Source of the DNA: Octopus sinensis
Taxonomy: Eukaryota
NCBI RefSeq assembly: GCF_006345805.1
Contig: NC_043012.1
Span: forward strand, 35,092,001-35,156,000
DNA: 64,000 nt
Direction of reading: 5' to 3'
The first letter of the stretch is position 1. Each line of letters opens with the position of its first letter. The position numbers and the translations under genes are program-made. Under the pieces are notes generated by a model. That model made no database searches. It was not told the origin of the DNA and saw nothing but the letters and a program-made list of their open reading frames with translations. Shown here one piece after another: positions 1 to 12,476 of this stretch.

Positions 1-46
1 TACATATATATAATATATACATATATATATATATATACATAATTCT

Positions 47-83
<37 letters not shown>

Positions 84-346
84 ACTAGATACATATATAT
101 AATATAATATATATATATAATATATATAGATATACATATACATATATATATATACATATACATATATATATACCTATCAAGTATCACAGTAGCAAAGTAT
201 ATATATATATATATTATATACATATATATATAATATATATATATATATATAATATATATAGACTACATATATATATATACATATATATATATATAATATA
301 CATATATATTATAAATACATATATATATATACATATATATATATAC

Positions 347-377
<31 letters not shown>

Positions 378-524
378 CATATATATATATACATTAATAA
401 TATATAGATAATATATAATATATTACATATATATTATACATAATATATATATAGTATACATAATATATACATATATATATATACAATATATATATATGTA
501 TAATATATATATACATATAATATA

Positions 525-558
<34 letters not shown>

Positions 559-619
559 CCATAATATATATATATGATACATATATAATATATAATACAT
601 ATATATATGTATATATGTG

Positions 620-651
<32 letters not shown>

Positions 652-1003
652 CATATATATATAGGTATATATAGATATACATAATATATATGTATATATA
701 TATATAACATATATATATATGTATATATATATATACATATATATATGTATAATATATATATACACATATATATATATGTTGTATATATATATATATGTAT
801 ATATATATACAATATATTATATATGTATTATAACTATAACTAATAATATATGTATTATATACATATATATATAACATATATATATATATATACATATATA
901 CACATATATATATATACATTATCAATATTATATATAATATACATATATACATTATATATATATATACATATTAATACATATATATAATATATACATATAT
1001 ATA

Positions 1004-1038
<35 letters not shown>

Positions 1039-1100
1039 CACACATATATATATATATTACAATGTTGAAGTGTGTTAAGCAATAAAAATATATATATAGA
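1..1100. repeat. Degenerate (TA)n/(TACA)n microsatellite field
   Basis: Almost pure TA/TACA repeats; the Y/I-rich ORFs here are artefacts. Confidence 0.97.
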
Positions 1101-1126
1101 TAGATTTTGTAATGTTCGTAAAGTTC

Positions 1127-1164
1127 AATTAGCGCTTTCATACGTTTGTAGTAATCATCAGATT
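1127..1164 (-). ncRNA. Degenerate minimal type I hammerhead ribozyme
   Basis: Minus strand reads aat-CTGATGA-ttac tacaaac gtat-GAAA-GCGCT-A-att: intact core, palindromic stem III AGCGCT, CUA site. Stem I is only 3 bp and stem II has a closing mismatch. Confidence 0.55.
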
Positions 1165-3424
1165 TCAAAATGTATTAACTGACAGTTGAATTGAGTGCTT
1201 GACAATTGTAGTAAAATGACTGACTTCTTCCTTTTGATACCTTTTAGAATGCTCCGACAAGCTGATTTTTTCGAATACGGTTTTGACCAATCAGCATGCA
1301 ACTTAAACGTCACGGTTTGCCGGGCTCACCGATATTACTGGCTTAGACCCTGCCTTTATTTTAACTACTTGGCTTGCAGAGTGAGCAAACTTAGTTGGTT
1401 TTGATCGTTTTTATTTCAGTAGGTGGGAATTTTCTGTAATTTGCCTATATTCATATGTTAAAAATATTTTTTTAATCCACATCATGAACTGGTTGTTATA
1501 TTATTGTTGTTATTTCCGTTCAGAATAAAAAACCATAATGGACCGTCAAATAAACCCCAAAAGTCTTTTTACAAACTGAAAATATGAATAATATACCCAC
1601 CCCTAGGAACAAGAGAAAAAGCATACTTAACCACAACCAACATACTAAGCTCACCAGGCAAAAGATGTTAATGATGGAAGAAATAAGAGACAAAAAAGAA
1701 CCCGGTTTTTAGGGTCAGGACAACAAACACCGGAGAAGGAAAAAGTTCAAGAAGAAACACCCGTGGAACAACTGTGGACCCTAAAATTATTAATCTGTTA
1801 AAAAGAATTATAGACTGTGACGAACTTTGATTATTGATAAAAGGACTAAAATTCACACCTACTCTTACAGTCAACCATCAAGAATTGGACGAAGATATTC
1901 AAAACTTTTGTCGGAAACTACGACTTGGGGAGATTTTTACTGATAAAATTAATGAGAATGACAAATCCTTGGCGAAAAATAAATCAAAATTTAACCAAAA
2001 GGACGAAATACACATCTAGATCAGTTCATTGATATCCTCTCCAGATTTCCACTGAGGCATAACATCAACGTCAGACCAAACATTTCAAAACTAGAAATGT
2101 CTGCCCTTATACGTCTTAAAAATGACAACACAATTGTCATCAAACAAGCAGATAAAGGGGGGGGTGCCATTGTTATAATGGATACAGAATATTACCGGGA
2201 TCTAGCTGAAGATCAATTGAAGAATACAACATTCTACCGCGAAATATTGACCACCTCCTCATGAAGAAACTCAATTATTTAGTCTTAAAATATTATAACT
2301 CCTTCACTCCTAGTGAAAGGGACTATATTACCAGTTTTTAGTCGAAACCCAGCAACTTCTATGGCTTACCTAAAATACACAATCCAAAAGAAATACAAAA
2401 TGCTATAAAGGAAAAAAGTAGTGAATACATAAAACTACTACAACGAAAAAACCTTAAAAAAAATCCATTATAGTTGGTCCAGCCTGTCCTACACTTTGTC
2501 CGTGCAACCTCATTGACATTATCCGAAAACCACTATGTAGTCACATATCCAGTTTCATTCGGGATGAGATCGATTTCATGTCACATCATCCCAAAACGAC
2601 AGAATCCAATTCACTGTTTGTTTTGATGTAACAAATTTATATACGAACATTCCACATGATTTGGGAATTACTGCCATAAATATATCGAGAAACATAGAGA
2701 AATGATCTCCAGTAAATTTACTGTAACCTTCATACTAGACACAGTCAGCTTCATCTTCGAAAACAATTCATTCCATTTCAACGGAAAAAAAACTACCTTC
2801 AAATTCGAGGCACCGCTATGGGGACAGAATTTGCTCCAGTTTCCGCGAAATCAGTATTGGGATACTTGGAACAAAACCTAGATTTAAAAAAATTGAAGAG
2901 AACTACGGCATTACCTTTAAAAGATATAGAGAAGACACATTGAAAAGATACCTCGATGACCTCCTAAGTTGGACCAAATCCCTAGAAAATCAGGTAGAAT
3001 TCAGCACCCTCCTCAGTAATCTACACCCTAGTCTCAAATTCACAAGAGAAATGAGCAACATACAATTACTATAGCTTGACATAATGGTAATTAAAAACAA
3101 TCACAACTGATATTTATTACAAAAGCACAGATACACACCAGTACCTAAATTTCAAATCATGCCATTCAGAACACGCAAAACGCAACATCCTGTACTGTCT
3201 AGCCAGGAAAATTTGTACTATAGTAGATGATCCAATACTAAGAGCATATGACTTATAGAAATCGAAGGTTTTCTGCTCAAGCAAAAATACCCCTCCTACT
3301 TGTAGAAAATAGCATACAAAGAGCAAAAGAGATGGCTATAGAACAACTTAAGGTAAGACGAGAAAGATGAACCCATCAACGGAAAACAATACCATTTCTA
3401 GTAACACACAATCCGTATCGCCAA

Positions 3425-3919
3425 AAGGTTATAATGGATACAGATCGTGTATCAATAGCAATCTTAAGGCGGTGGCCTCATGGAGCTGACCAGCGGCAGC
3501 GATTATTCTTATATATATAAGAATGCCATATTAATATGGCGATAACAATTAATTTCCAGTAAACGCTGCCGTAATCTCTTTTATAGAGACTTAGTAATTT
3601 TAATATTTCTATTATTGAAAACAAGTGGATGTATTCCACTGAAACTAGGTAAATAGAAACCTTCGAACAGAGACGTCAGTGGCGACACCTTCGGGGTCTG
3701 ACTGCGCTACATTGACAAGGGGCAATACCCCGAAACGCGTCTGTAGCTGTCGGACTGGCAGTGTGAAGCGGCTGACCTCCCTTGTTAGAAGGTTATAATG
3801 AATACAGATCGTGTATCAATAGCTATCTTAAGGCGGTGGCCTCATGGAGCTGACCAGCGACAGCGATTATTCTTATATCTATAAGAATGCCATATTAATA
3901 TGGCGATAACAATTAATTT
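3425..3919 (+). mobile_element. ORF-less partial-tandem insert (131-bp direct repeats, 364-nt period) carrying a hammerhead
   Basis: 3425-3555 recurs at 3789-3919. The host Penelope reading frame stops before the insert (FLVTHNPYR) and resumes after it (NIIKQ..LPIMKQSEKL). Confidence 0.85.
3696..3755 (+). ncRNA. Type I hammerhead ribozyme, U3-A8 core variant
   Basis: Stem I GCTACA(3706-11)/TGTAGC(3742-47), extended by GTCTGAC/GTCGGAC. Core TTGACAA, stem II GGGG-caata-CCCC, GAAA, palindromic stem III ACGCGT, GUC site at 3739-3741. Confidence 0.85.
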
Positions 3920-4819
3920 TTAACATCATCAAACAAATTTGCCAATCATGAAACAAAGTGAAAAATTAGAAAACATAATAAGTAATCAAACACTTATCTT
4001 AAGCAAAAGGCAACCACATAACCCAAAGAAACTATTAACAAAGGCAAAATTCAACATGAACAAACAGGATAAAATATTCACAGTATCCAAGTGTAATGAT
4101 AAGAGATGTGGAACGTGTCAATACATGCATACGGGTAGATCCGTTAGAACAAAAAAAAAAATGTAGAGATTTTTGCAAATGCAGATATGAACTACAAATG
4201 CATAAATTTGCTGCATTAAATGTCCGACTTGCGGGGAACTATATACTGGCGAGACAGGGAATGCATACATTATTGAAACGCTCACAAATTCACGTGGTCA
4301 GAAAAGGTTTCTAATTTCTCCTTTCCACAAACTACATGACACAGGCGAGGTTGGAAGAAAGAAAAAACGCTTTATTGAAATGTTCAAACTTGTTCTATTT
4401 TGTGAAATGTTAGCAAAATTGTTTTTAAGCTCAAATCCTTTTAGGATCCTGTAGTTGTTGACTTTGCTTTCCATCCTGCTCGGCGGTGATTTAACGAAGA
4501 ACACTCTTTCGTAACAAAATTGTGGACGAGTATGAACAGGGGAGACTATTATTATGCTACGTTGCGTAGGTTATTGTTGAGGCAGGATAAAACTGAGAAA
4601 CGTGACACCTTTTCGATTTCTGGCTGAAGTCCATTCGCTTCAGCCATCGTAGCAATATTTTCAGAAGTATTTGCAGGTATGAACATGGCAACATGAAAAT
4701 ACATTTTGTAAAAAAAAATTTATTTTTATGGTATATCATTTGATGTAAATTGAGAACATACTTTGTCACGGTACCACAAAAATAGTTTATTGCGTAGACA
4801 TGGGTCAGAAATAGGGTGG

Positions 4820-5165
4820 GGGACATGGTTAGTCGATCAAATTAACACCTGGACTTGGTCGATTCTTTACTTTATCAACACCGGAAGGCTGAAAAGCATA
4901 GTTGACCTCGACGGAATTTGAACTCGGAGCATAAAAAAGCTGAAACAAATACCGCAAAGCATTTTGTTCGACGCTCTAACGATTCTGCCGAATCTACCGC
5001 CCTTTAATTTCTTATATGGACAAGAAGCCAGAAATTATCGTGGGAAGAGCGATCATATCGATTGAAGTACTTAACTGCTACTTTATTTTATCGACTTCGG
5101 AAGGATGAAAAGCCAGTTGACTTCGGTAAGATTTGAACTCAAAATGTAAACAGACTTAAACAAAT
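4820..5165 (-). mobile_element. Two degenerate copies of the main tRNA-derived SINE
   Basis: Variants of gtcgacctcggcggaatttgaactc (minus-strand B-box GAGTTCAAATTCC) and tttatcgaccccgaaaggatgaaa. Confidence 0.7.
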
Positions 5166-5479
5166 ATCCTTCCTACCTTAGGCACAAGGCTTGAAATTTT
5201 GGGGGAGAAGCTTGTCGATTACATGTCAATTGTTGTCAACGATATTACCAGTCCTGGATAATTTATAAATCATATACTTTTATTTTCATTATTCGTATCA
5301 CAGTTTGCTTGTTTGCACGCACACTTTACATATAAGTGGGTTCCCATAGGTTTCGAGTATAAGCATATTAGCTGTTCGATCCACGGCACTTTCTTCTCGT
5401 TGAATTTGAACATAAGTGAACCCATGTACTCCAATGTAATCCTCCGATCGACTTAACATGATAAAGCGTGTGACAAGAT

Positions 5480-5665
5480 TAGCCCTTTCGATTGCACAAG
5501 CAGTACATCTGACGAGCTTCCGCGGCTTCTGTTTGTCCAGTTTTACCCATGATGCTTGAGTTGTTGTGAGGCAGTAACAAAAGTCACGTGCTTAAGATTC
5601 CACGCAGTGAGATCGAACACTTGAACTCATGATTGTCAAGCGAACTCTTTAATCACTCAGCCATG
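5480..5665 (-). mobile_element. Old tRNA-head SINE remnant
   Basis: Minus strand begins tggctgagtgattaaagagttcgcttgacaatcatgagttcaagtgttcgatctc (A/B-box-like). Confidence 0.45.
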
Positions 5666-7464
5666 TATGCAACACACATTAACAAACAGTCCTATTCACG
5701 TTTTCCTTTTCCACCCTCTTTCTTCCAATCTCTCCCTCCCCCCTCTCTCTCTCAGTAACTCACTCCCACTTGTCTCTATCTCTATCAATTACACCCATCC
5801 ACATCTCTTTGTTCAGCACAATTTCGTTTTTAAGTACTAGAAGCATCATCATAATAATTAAAACCAATCAATACGTCAGTTCAGTTCGCTCCTCAGACTG
5901 AAGGAACTCCCAACCATAGCTTCCTTTAACATCTGACTGACTTATTTATTACTATTGATTATTTTTCACCTCTTATCCCCCCCACCCCACCCATAATTTA
6001 TTTATTTCCGCACCTATTTTCAGACGTCGTTTTGAAAGCTCTTCTGTAACTTATTACGATTAGCAATTGCCGTAATTGTTTTGAAGAAAAAAAAATTAAA
6101 ATGAAAAAAAAAATGTTTCTAGCTTTTGTTAAAGAATTCAGTTGCATGTACGGCACATTTCGATTGAGAAATCACAATCATTATTTGCTATGAAGTCTAC
6201 TTAAGTGTTGCATTTTTCTATCCAAATGCAATTCAATCCATTGATGTGTTCTGAACAACTTTTCTGAGCTACATACCTGTTAATTTTCATAACTTGAACA
6301 ATATATTTACACAGGCTTTGTATTACCTTTTCAGTCGATGCTTGATACACACTGTCCATATTACTTAGCTAGAATTCCTATTGTGTATATCACCACAACT
6401 AATACGAATATACCTAAATAATAGATTCTAGTTGATCGATCCACCAATTAATCGAGAAAGCTGTTTATCAAGAAATTTACCGCGATCTACTATGCTTAAG
6501 TGGGTCCGCTTTTTGTAGATGACAAGCTCGGAACATAGAAAATGGAGGCCATTACCAAATGAACTGTGGCTTACAAATTTATATAAGAAGATATCTACCG
6601 TGTGTATCTAATGGTTTTCTGTTATTGAGGTAAGGTGAACAATTCGTCAAGCTACAAATACGAGCCTCTTGGGTTCCGGATTCAAAGAAAGATATAAATC
6701 ATGTAAGTCTAATGTTATGGAAGGAACTGATGAATAGAAACTACATTTTATGGGTAGAAATGACAACATTCGATGCTTTAAGAGCGTAGAAAGGGTTGTT
6801 TGCGAATTCTGTAAAATGTTGAATGGTTCATGATATTTTTAGCAAATTGCTGTCGAATAAAGAAGTGGAAATACAATGGAATTCAAGAACTGCTGTTTAG
6901 TTAAAGAAACCGATTGCATTTCTCTAACAACTTTTTCAATAATCTAAGGTGTATAAATGCGTTATATTCAGTTCGATAAGTGCTGATCGAAGGCCTTTCA
7001 GCAGTGCTTATCCCGCCTTTTCCTATGCGCCCACACTCCAAAATCATGTCCTTAAGAGGCCAGGGCGTGACCTGAAGTAAATTCAGCTGATATTTGTAAA
7101 CAGGTTAAGAAACCATGGAGAGACTCCAATGTTTGCTTCAACGACTGATATTTTCTACGTCTCTGACAAGGCACGTTTTATTAAGGAAATAGATCTCACG
7201 ACTGTTGAATGTTTTTGTTATTCACTGTAAGATGGACTGTCCGGAATCCTTGTCACATTCATAGCATCACACTAGAGACGGAGCAAGGAAAAACAAAATG
7301 AAAAAAAAGAACTGAATACTGAAACCTTTGCATGGAAAGACTTTTTAAAGTTAAGAAAGACTATTTTAAAAGAAATTAGGAACATATAGAAAATTATTCC
7401 TTTTAATCATACTTGTCTATAACAAAATATTAACACATTTTATCAACACTCAAATATTGGTTTC

Positions 7465-7710
7465 ATATTTTGGCACAAGGCCAGTAACTTTAGGGGAGGA
7501 GGGAAGTCGCTTACATCCATCCTAGTGCTCAACTGGTACTTAATTTATCGACCCCGAAAGGATGACAGGCAAAGTCGATCTCGACGGAATTTGAAGTCAG
7601 AGGGTAAAGACGGACGAAGTGCTAAGCATTTTGTCCGGCGTGCCAGTTCACCGCCAGTTTACCGCCAGTTTACCGCCTTATTTAAAATTCTGCCAGTTCA
7701 CCGCCTTATT
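7465..7710 (-). mobile_element. Main tRNA-derived SINE
   Basis: ggcacaaggcc...ggtacttaatttatcgaccccgaaaggatgacaggcaaagtcgatctcgacggaatttgaag... Confidence 0.8.
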
Positions 7711-9768
7711 TAAAATTAGACTTATAGCTTATTCGGAGGACTTCCAAAGTTTCCATTTACCAAACGCGTTAAACAACACACATACATTAATGTTTGTGAT
7801 TTCGATAATGTTTACATTATAGCGCTTGCTGGTTCTAACATACTAAACGACCACGTAAAGGATGGTCTACCTTTGAGTTTGTTCAAAAGAGATTGTTTTG
7901 TCTTTGAGACTGAAATAAAATAATGAAAGAAACGTGTATTCAATAATCAGTGTTAGCATTGTAGTCACCTTTCTACAAAGATTTCTTTCAGAAAATTTTC
8001 GGAAAGAGTGGAATAGTCCTCAATAGTAATGTTTTATTAACATAACTGTAATTAAATCATCAAAACATATGAGGAAACAAAGTCAAGATGCCTGGAATAT
8101 CCGTTCCCTTTTCAATTTTTCTTCACATTAAATTCCGATAGAATCGTAATCTACACCATTAGAAAATTTCTATAAAAAACCCATTTTTCTTTAAAATTGT
8201 GAAGCTAATTCCATGTGTGTGAATTATTCGAAACTCTCCTCTCTATCATGTCTGAAAAAGTTTTACATAACAAATTCCGACATGATGGTAATCTACATTA
8301 TTTAAAATGTAACTGACCAAAAATTTCATTAAAATAACCAAGTTTTAGACAGTGAAGGGAAGTTTAATTAAAATCGTTACCGACAATTTAACCTTCCTTC
8401 AAATATTTCATTGATAAAACAAACGACTGGTTTGTTTTATCAACTCCAAAAGAAGGAAAACGAAGTCGATTTTAAATCGGAAAATCACTCTAAATAATTC
8501 AAAGCATTTTCTCCAACTCTCTCAGTTCGGTTACGCCATCACCTTTATATAAAATATATTTTTGACGGTTGATGAAGCCACTGTATTTGTCTAAGTCGAT
8601 CTTTAAGCAAATATTCTAGCACCATTTGCCAAGAAAAGATAAAATACTTAAGATTTTGTTGTTGTTCAATGCAGAAATGTATTCTACTCATATAAATCGA
8701 TATCAACAGAATATATTATTTTTTTACTATCTCAGCTATCCAAACGTATCTTCATCAATACAACTATGGTTCTGACGCCTGTTATATAATATTTTGTTTC
8801 TTTGAAATTCCATGTTGATTTAATTCCCTTATTCTTGTTTTTTTTTCTCGTTATTTAATTTCGCTTGTAACAACTTCCCATTTCCATCGCCCCAAAATTC
8901 GATGATTCATATTTATATGAAAGAAACAATTATTGCATTTGATAGAGATTGCAACTAACAGTTTAACCGTTTATTTATTTATTTATATAGTCAGCCCTGT
9001 TTGAGAATATAACCAGTTTGTTGCTTAGTCCCAAGTTAAGCCGGGGCAATCTCCTCATTTTTTTTATACATTTGAAACTACATCATTATTTAGTGTATCT
9101 TTATCTAAAGCAGGTTAGCTGTTATTTAAGCTGCTACTGCAGCTATTCGAGCGACAACAGAGAGGTTCGCACGTTGGTTCATTTGAGAAGAAATATTAAA
9201 CGAAGCAATGGTTCGTGGCAATGATTTAAAAGATGCCATCTTTATTCTAAAAGCTAACTGAAGTAGATATGGTACGACATTGAATAGACTGAGTATGTAC
9301 GCAACAATTATTTCGTAAGCTAGTTTTACTGAACCCGAAGAAATTAGCGTAGGAAGTAAAATGTTGATTCAGATACTTTGCATATTGAATCCGTTGCCTA
9401 CTAGCCCTGCTCCCGAATGCTACAGGGTTCAGCCTTCCATAGTTAAGGGATGTAATGATTTTAATCAAACTTCTGGATCTAACATAGTATTTGTTTTTTA
9501 CTCTGATTGAAACAGGAACAATTGCTTTTATATTTCCAACTAAGGCAGTTAAATATACATTTCTTGAAATAATATTTTTACAATTTTTCTTTAATATGCA
9601 GCCACCAGACAGAAATAATTTCATGAAATGTATATTTCATGTACGTGAAACATACATTTCAAGAGAAATCAAATTATACTTTATGAAATAAAATATGTTT
9701 TTATTAAGAGCAATTCCTGGTCATAATAGCTACATGTTTATGTTAGATAACGTCGGGTATTCTGCTAG

Positions 9769-9827
<59 letters not shown>

Positions 9828-10784
9828 ATCTGCAACCTGGTTTCAATTCCCAATTGTAAACATTTCCCTTAATTTAAATTGATAACGTACCTGAGAAGTT
9901 TCAATATCACAATTTTCTGATATTTTCTGTTATTTGTCAACATAATGCTATGTTTATCACAAATGAAAGCCCTAAATTTCTTGTGTCTGAAAGAAAATTT
10001 AGATGATAGAAAAAGGAAAACTCTGAAATTTCTTTCAGTATTATATTCCAAATTTTTTGAGTTCAAGTTCTGCTGGATCACACTTTAGTTTGAACTCTGA
10101 GAATTGATAAAAGTCGTAGAATGTATTGAGTCCATTATATCGATATCGTTTTACATTATGCTAATGAATGAAAGGAAATTTGGGCATCACTAAAGTATGT
10201 AAAAAAGAAACAATTAGAAAAGATAATTATGAAAACACGCATTCGTAGAATTATTATAATCTTCTGACTATCATTTTTCTTTTGAAAGTCATGGAATAAA
10301 CATTGGTCTGTATTAATGCTAAGAGGTTATATACGTAAAAGCGAATAGCAATTGTACGGTCATCTGTTTTCGTATCCAAATTAACTGCTGACTCTATGAG
10401 GAGTGGCAGCTGGTTGAGTTGACCAAGTCCCCGGCTACTTGTTGACATGCTCATAACTCATGATTAGTGGTATACGTCATCGTTAGCTAAATCCATTTAA
10501 TTCTTAAATGACCGGATGTATACATCTGTAAGTAGAAAAATAGGGCGTTAATTAGTAAAATAAAACAACTAAACAATTACTAAAATAATAATACATTTTA
10601 TTTACGAGTAGTGCCAAGTCATCTTCTCCAGTGGGTAGAGCAAGAATATCGATAGACTGAGCAAGGTTAATTTGATCCGGGTACGTTAAAGGAAGAAAGT
10701 GTCTTTAGTGCTATGAGGCTCACCATTAGTTACGTGCACCGAATTTCAGTCGGAGAGATTTTTAAAAAATGGTCCGAGTCAGTC

Positions 10785-11040
10785 ACCATGATAGATCGTT
10801 AGCCACTACACACATATTTTTTCTCCTTTTTTTTCTCTCCTTGTTTCTCTCCTTGTTTTTTTTTCTGTGTTCCTTTCTGTAGAAGAGCGTAGGCTCGAAA
10901 CGTAAAAGACTTTTTCTATTCCTGAGCGTTATACTATACATCTGTTTGTTTTGTACACCACCTGTCTTCGTCTTTTTTTTTTTCGTAAACTCTCCCTAAA
11001 AAAAAATAGTTGTGTATATTTGAATGTATTTCACCTGTTC
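10785..11040 (+). mobile_element. Dispersed repeat with hammerhead-like motif (inverted copy at ~19900-20090)
   Basis: gaagagcgtaggctcgaaacgt(a/g)aaagactttt and downstream sequence are shared with the reverse complement of ~19915-20012. Confidence 0.7.
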
Positions 11041-11074
11041 TATTTCAACTTCAGCTTTGATCTTCTTTTTCAGA

Positions 11075-11932
11075 ATGGCAACAAGACCACGAACAGTAGT
11101 GTGTTATATATGTCGCCGGGAGTTTGGAACCAGATCTATTGGTATACACGAGCCACAATGCTTGAAGAAATGGAAACTGGAAAATGAAAAATTACCAAGT
11201 CATTTACGGCGAAAATTACCTATAAAACCAGACACTTTGCCGGCTATCTCTGGTTCGAACAGCCAAAATATATCGAGATTTAATGAAGCTGTTTGGAAAA
11301 GTGCTCAAAATAATTTAGTTGCCTGTCCAAGTTGTGGTCGGACGTTTTTACCAGATAGATTAGAAGTCCATATCCGCAGCTGCAAAAGTAGCGAAGATAA
11401 GATTAAACCTAAACAAGAAAACAGACCCAAAGAAAAGAAAATGATTCGCTCTGACACGGCGACACTGATTACCCCAGTGTTAATTACCAAGAATCCTAAT
11501 GAAGAAGACAGTTCTTCACAATCAAAATCCACTTCAAAAAGACCGACCTTGCGTCGAGAAGGTACTTACACACCGGAAAGACATTTATCTCCTGAAAGGA
11601 TTCCGGATAATAAAAATCCGGTTGTTCCTTGCAAGACGTGTAGGTTTTGCCAACAAAGCATCTCTTCTAACTTAATAGCTCAACACGAAGCTGAATGCCG
11701 TAAAAATACAGAACCGGAGTTTACGATATCACCTCGGGTGCAGGAATTAGGGAAGTCCTCGAAAATAGCAACTCTAAAAACATCTCAAGAGTGGAAATCA
11801 TCAAAGCAGAACAACGAAAATAATACAGTTCGATCGTCAAAGAATTTAACTCAATCATGTCCAAATTGTGGTCGAAATTTTACTGAAGACCGAATGTTTA
11901 TCCATCTACGAGCTTGCAAACCGCGGCAGCAG
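11075..11932 (+). CDS. ZNF474-like: ZNF474/475-family C2HC/C3H zinc-finger protein, coding exon 1 (4 fingers)
   Basis: Acceptor tttttcag|A precedes ATG 11075; donor CAG|GTAAAT at 11933 (phase 0). Fingers [80 protein letters not shown]. An upstream exon must exist but was not identified. Confidence 0.92.
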
Positions 11933-12094
11933 GTAAATATTGCTTATTTTCTTACAATTGCTTATTCCAGCAAGTAGAGGAGGAGGAGGTGGTGGTGGTG
12001 GTGGTGTTGGAATAGTCTATTATTTTACAAATCTCATCGTAATAATAGAACATTCTAGTGCTAGCAAACTTTACAATGTTCATAGTCTTTTCTA

Positions 12095-12476
12095 CTATAG
12101 GCACAAGGCTTGAATTTTGGGGGAGGGAGATAGTCGATTTCATCGACCCCAGTGCGTAACTGGTACTTATTTCATCGATACCAAAAGGATGAAAAGCAAA
12201 GTCGAACTCGGCGGAATTTGAACTCAGAACGTAGCGACGGGCGAAAGACCTATTTCTTTACTACCCACAAGGGACCAAACACAGAGGGGGCGAACAAGGA
12301 CAGACAAAGGGATTAAGTCGATTATATCGACCCCAGTGCGTAACTGGTACTTATTTAATCGACCCCGAAAAGATGAAAGGTAAAGTCGACCTCGGCGGAA
12401 TTTGAACTCAGAGCGTAGCGACAGACGAAATACCGCTAAGCCGGTGTGCTAACGAATCTGCCAGCTCGCCGCCTAC
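12095..12476 (-). mobile_element. Tandem pair of main tRNA-derived SINE (intron 1)
   Basis: Two successive gtcga(a/c)ctcggcggaatttgaactcaga blocks, with head gccagctcgccgcc ending near 12474. Confidence 0.9.

Larger units (their letters stand above)
1540..4450 (+). mobile_element. Penelope-like retroelement (RT + GIY-YIG), frameshifted, interrupted at 3425-3919
   Basis: Motifs read by hand: KGLKFTPT (ORF 1834), NDNTIVIKQADKG (~2122-2160), FYGLPKIH (~2357-2380), GTAMG (~2809-2823), RYLDD (~2946-2960), HSEHAKRNI (~3165), CPTCGELYTGETG (~4221-4259). Ends approximate. Confidence 0.9.

Noticed and set aside
394-1082. Long Y/I-rich ORFs (also 33843, 52530-52872, 53362, 56605-57538, 63285)
   Set aside because: Translations of TA, CA, CTAT and ATT microsatellites; not proteins.
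6200-7200. Possible old Tc1-like remnant
   Set aside because: Only vague motif resemblance; no TIR pair or catalytic motif recovered.
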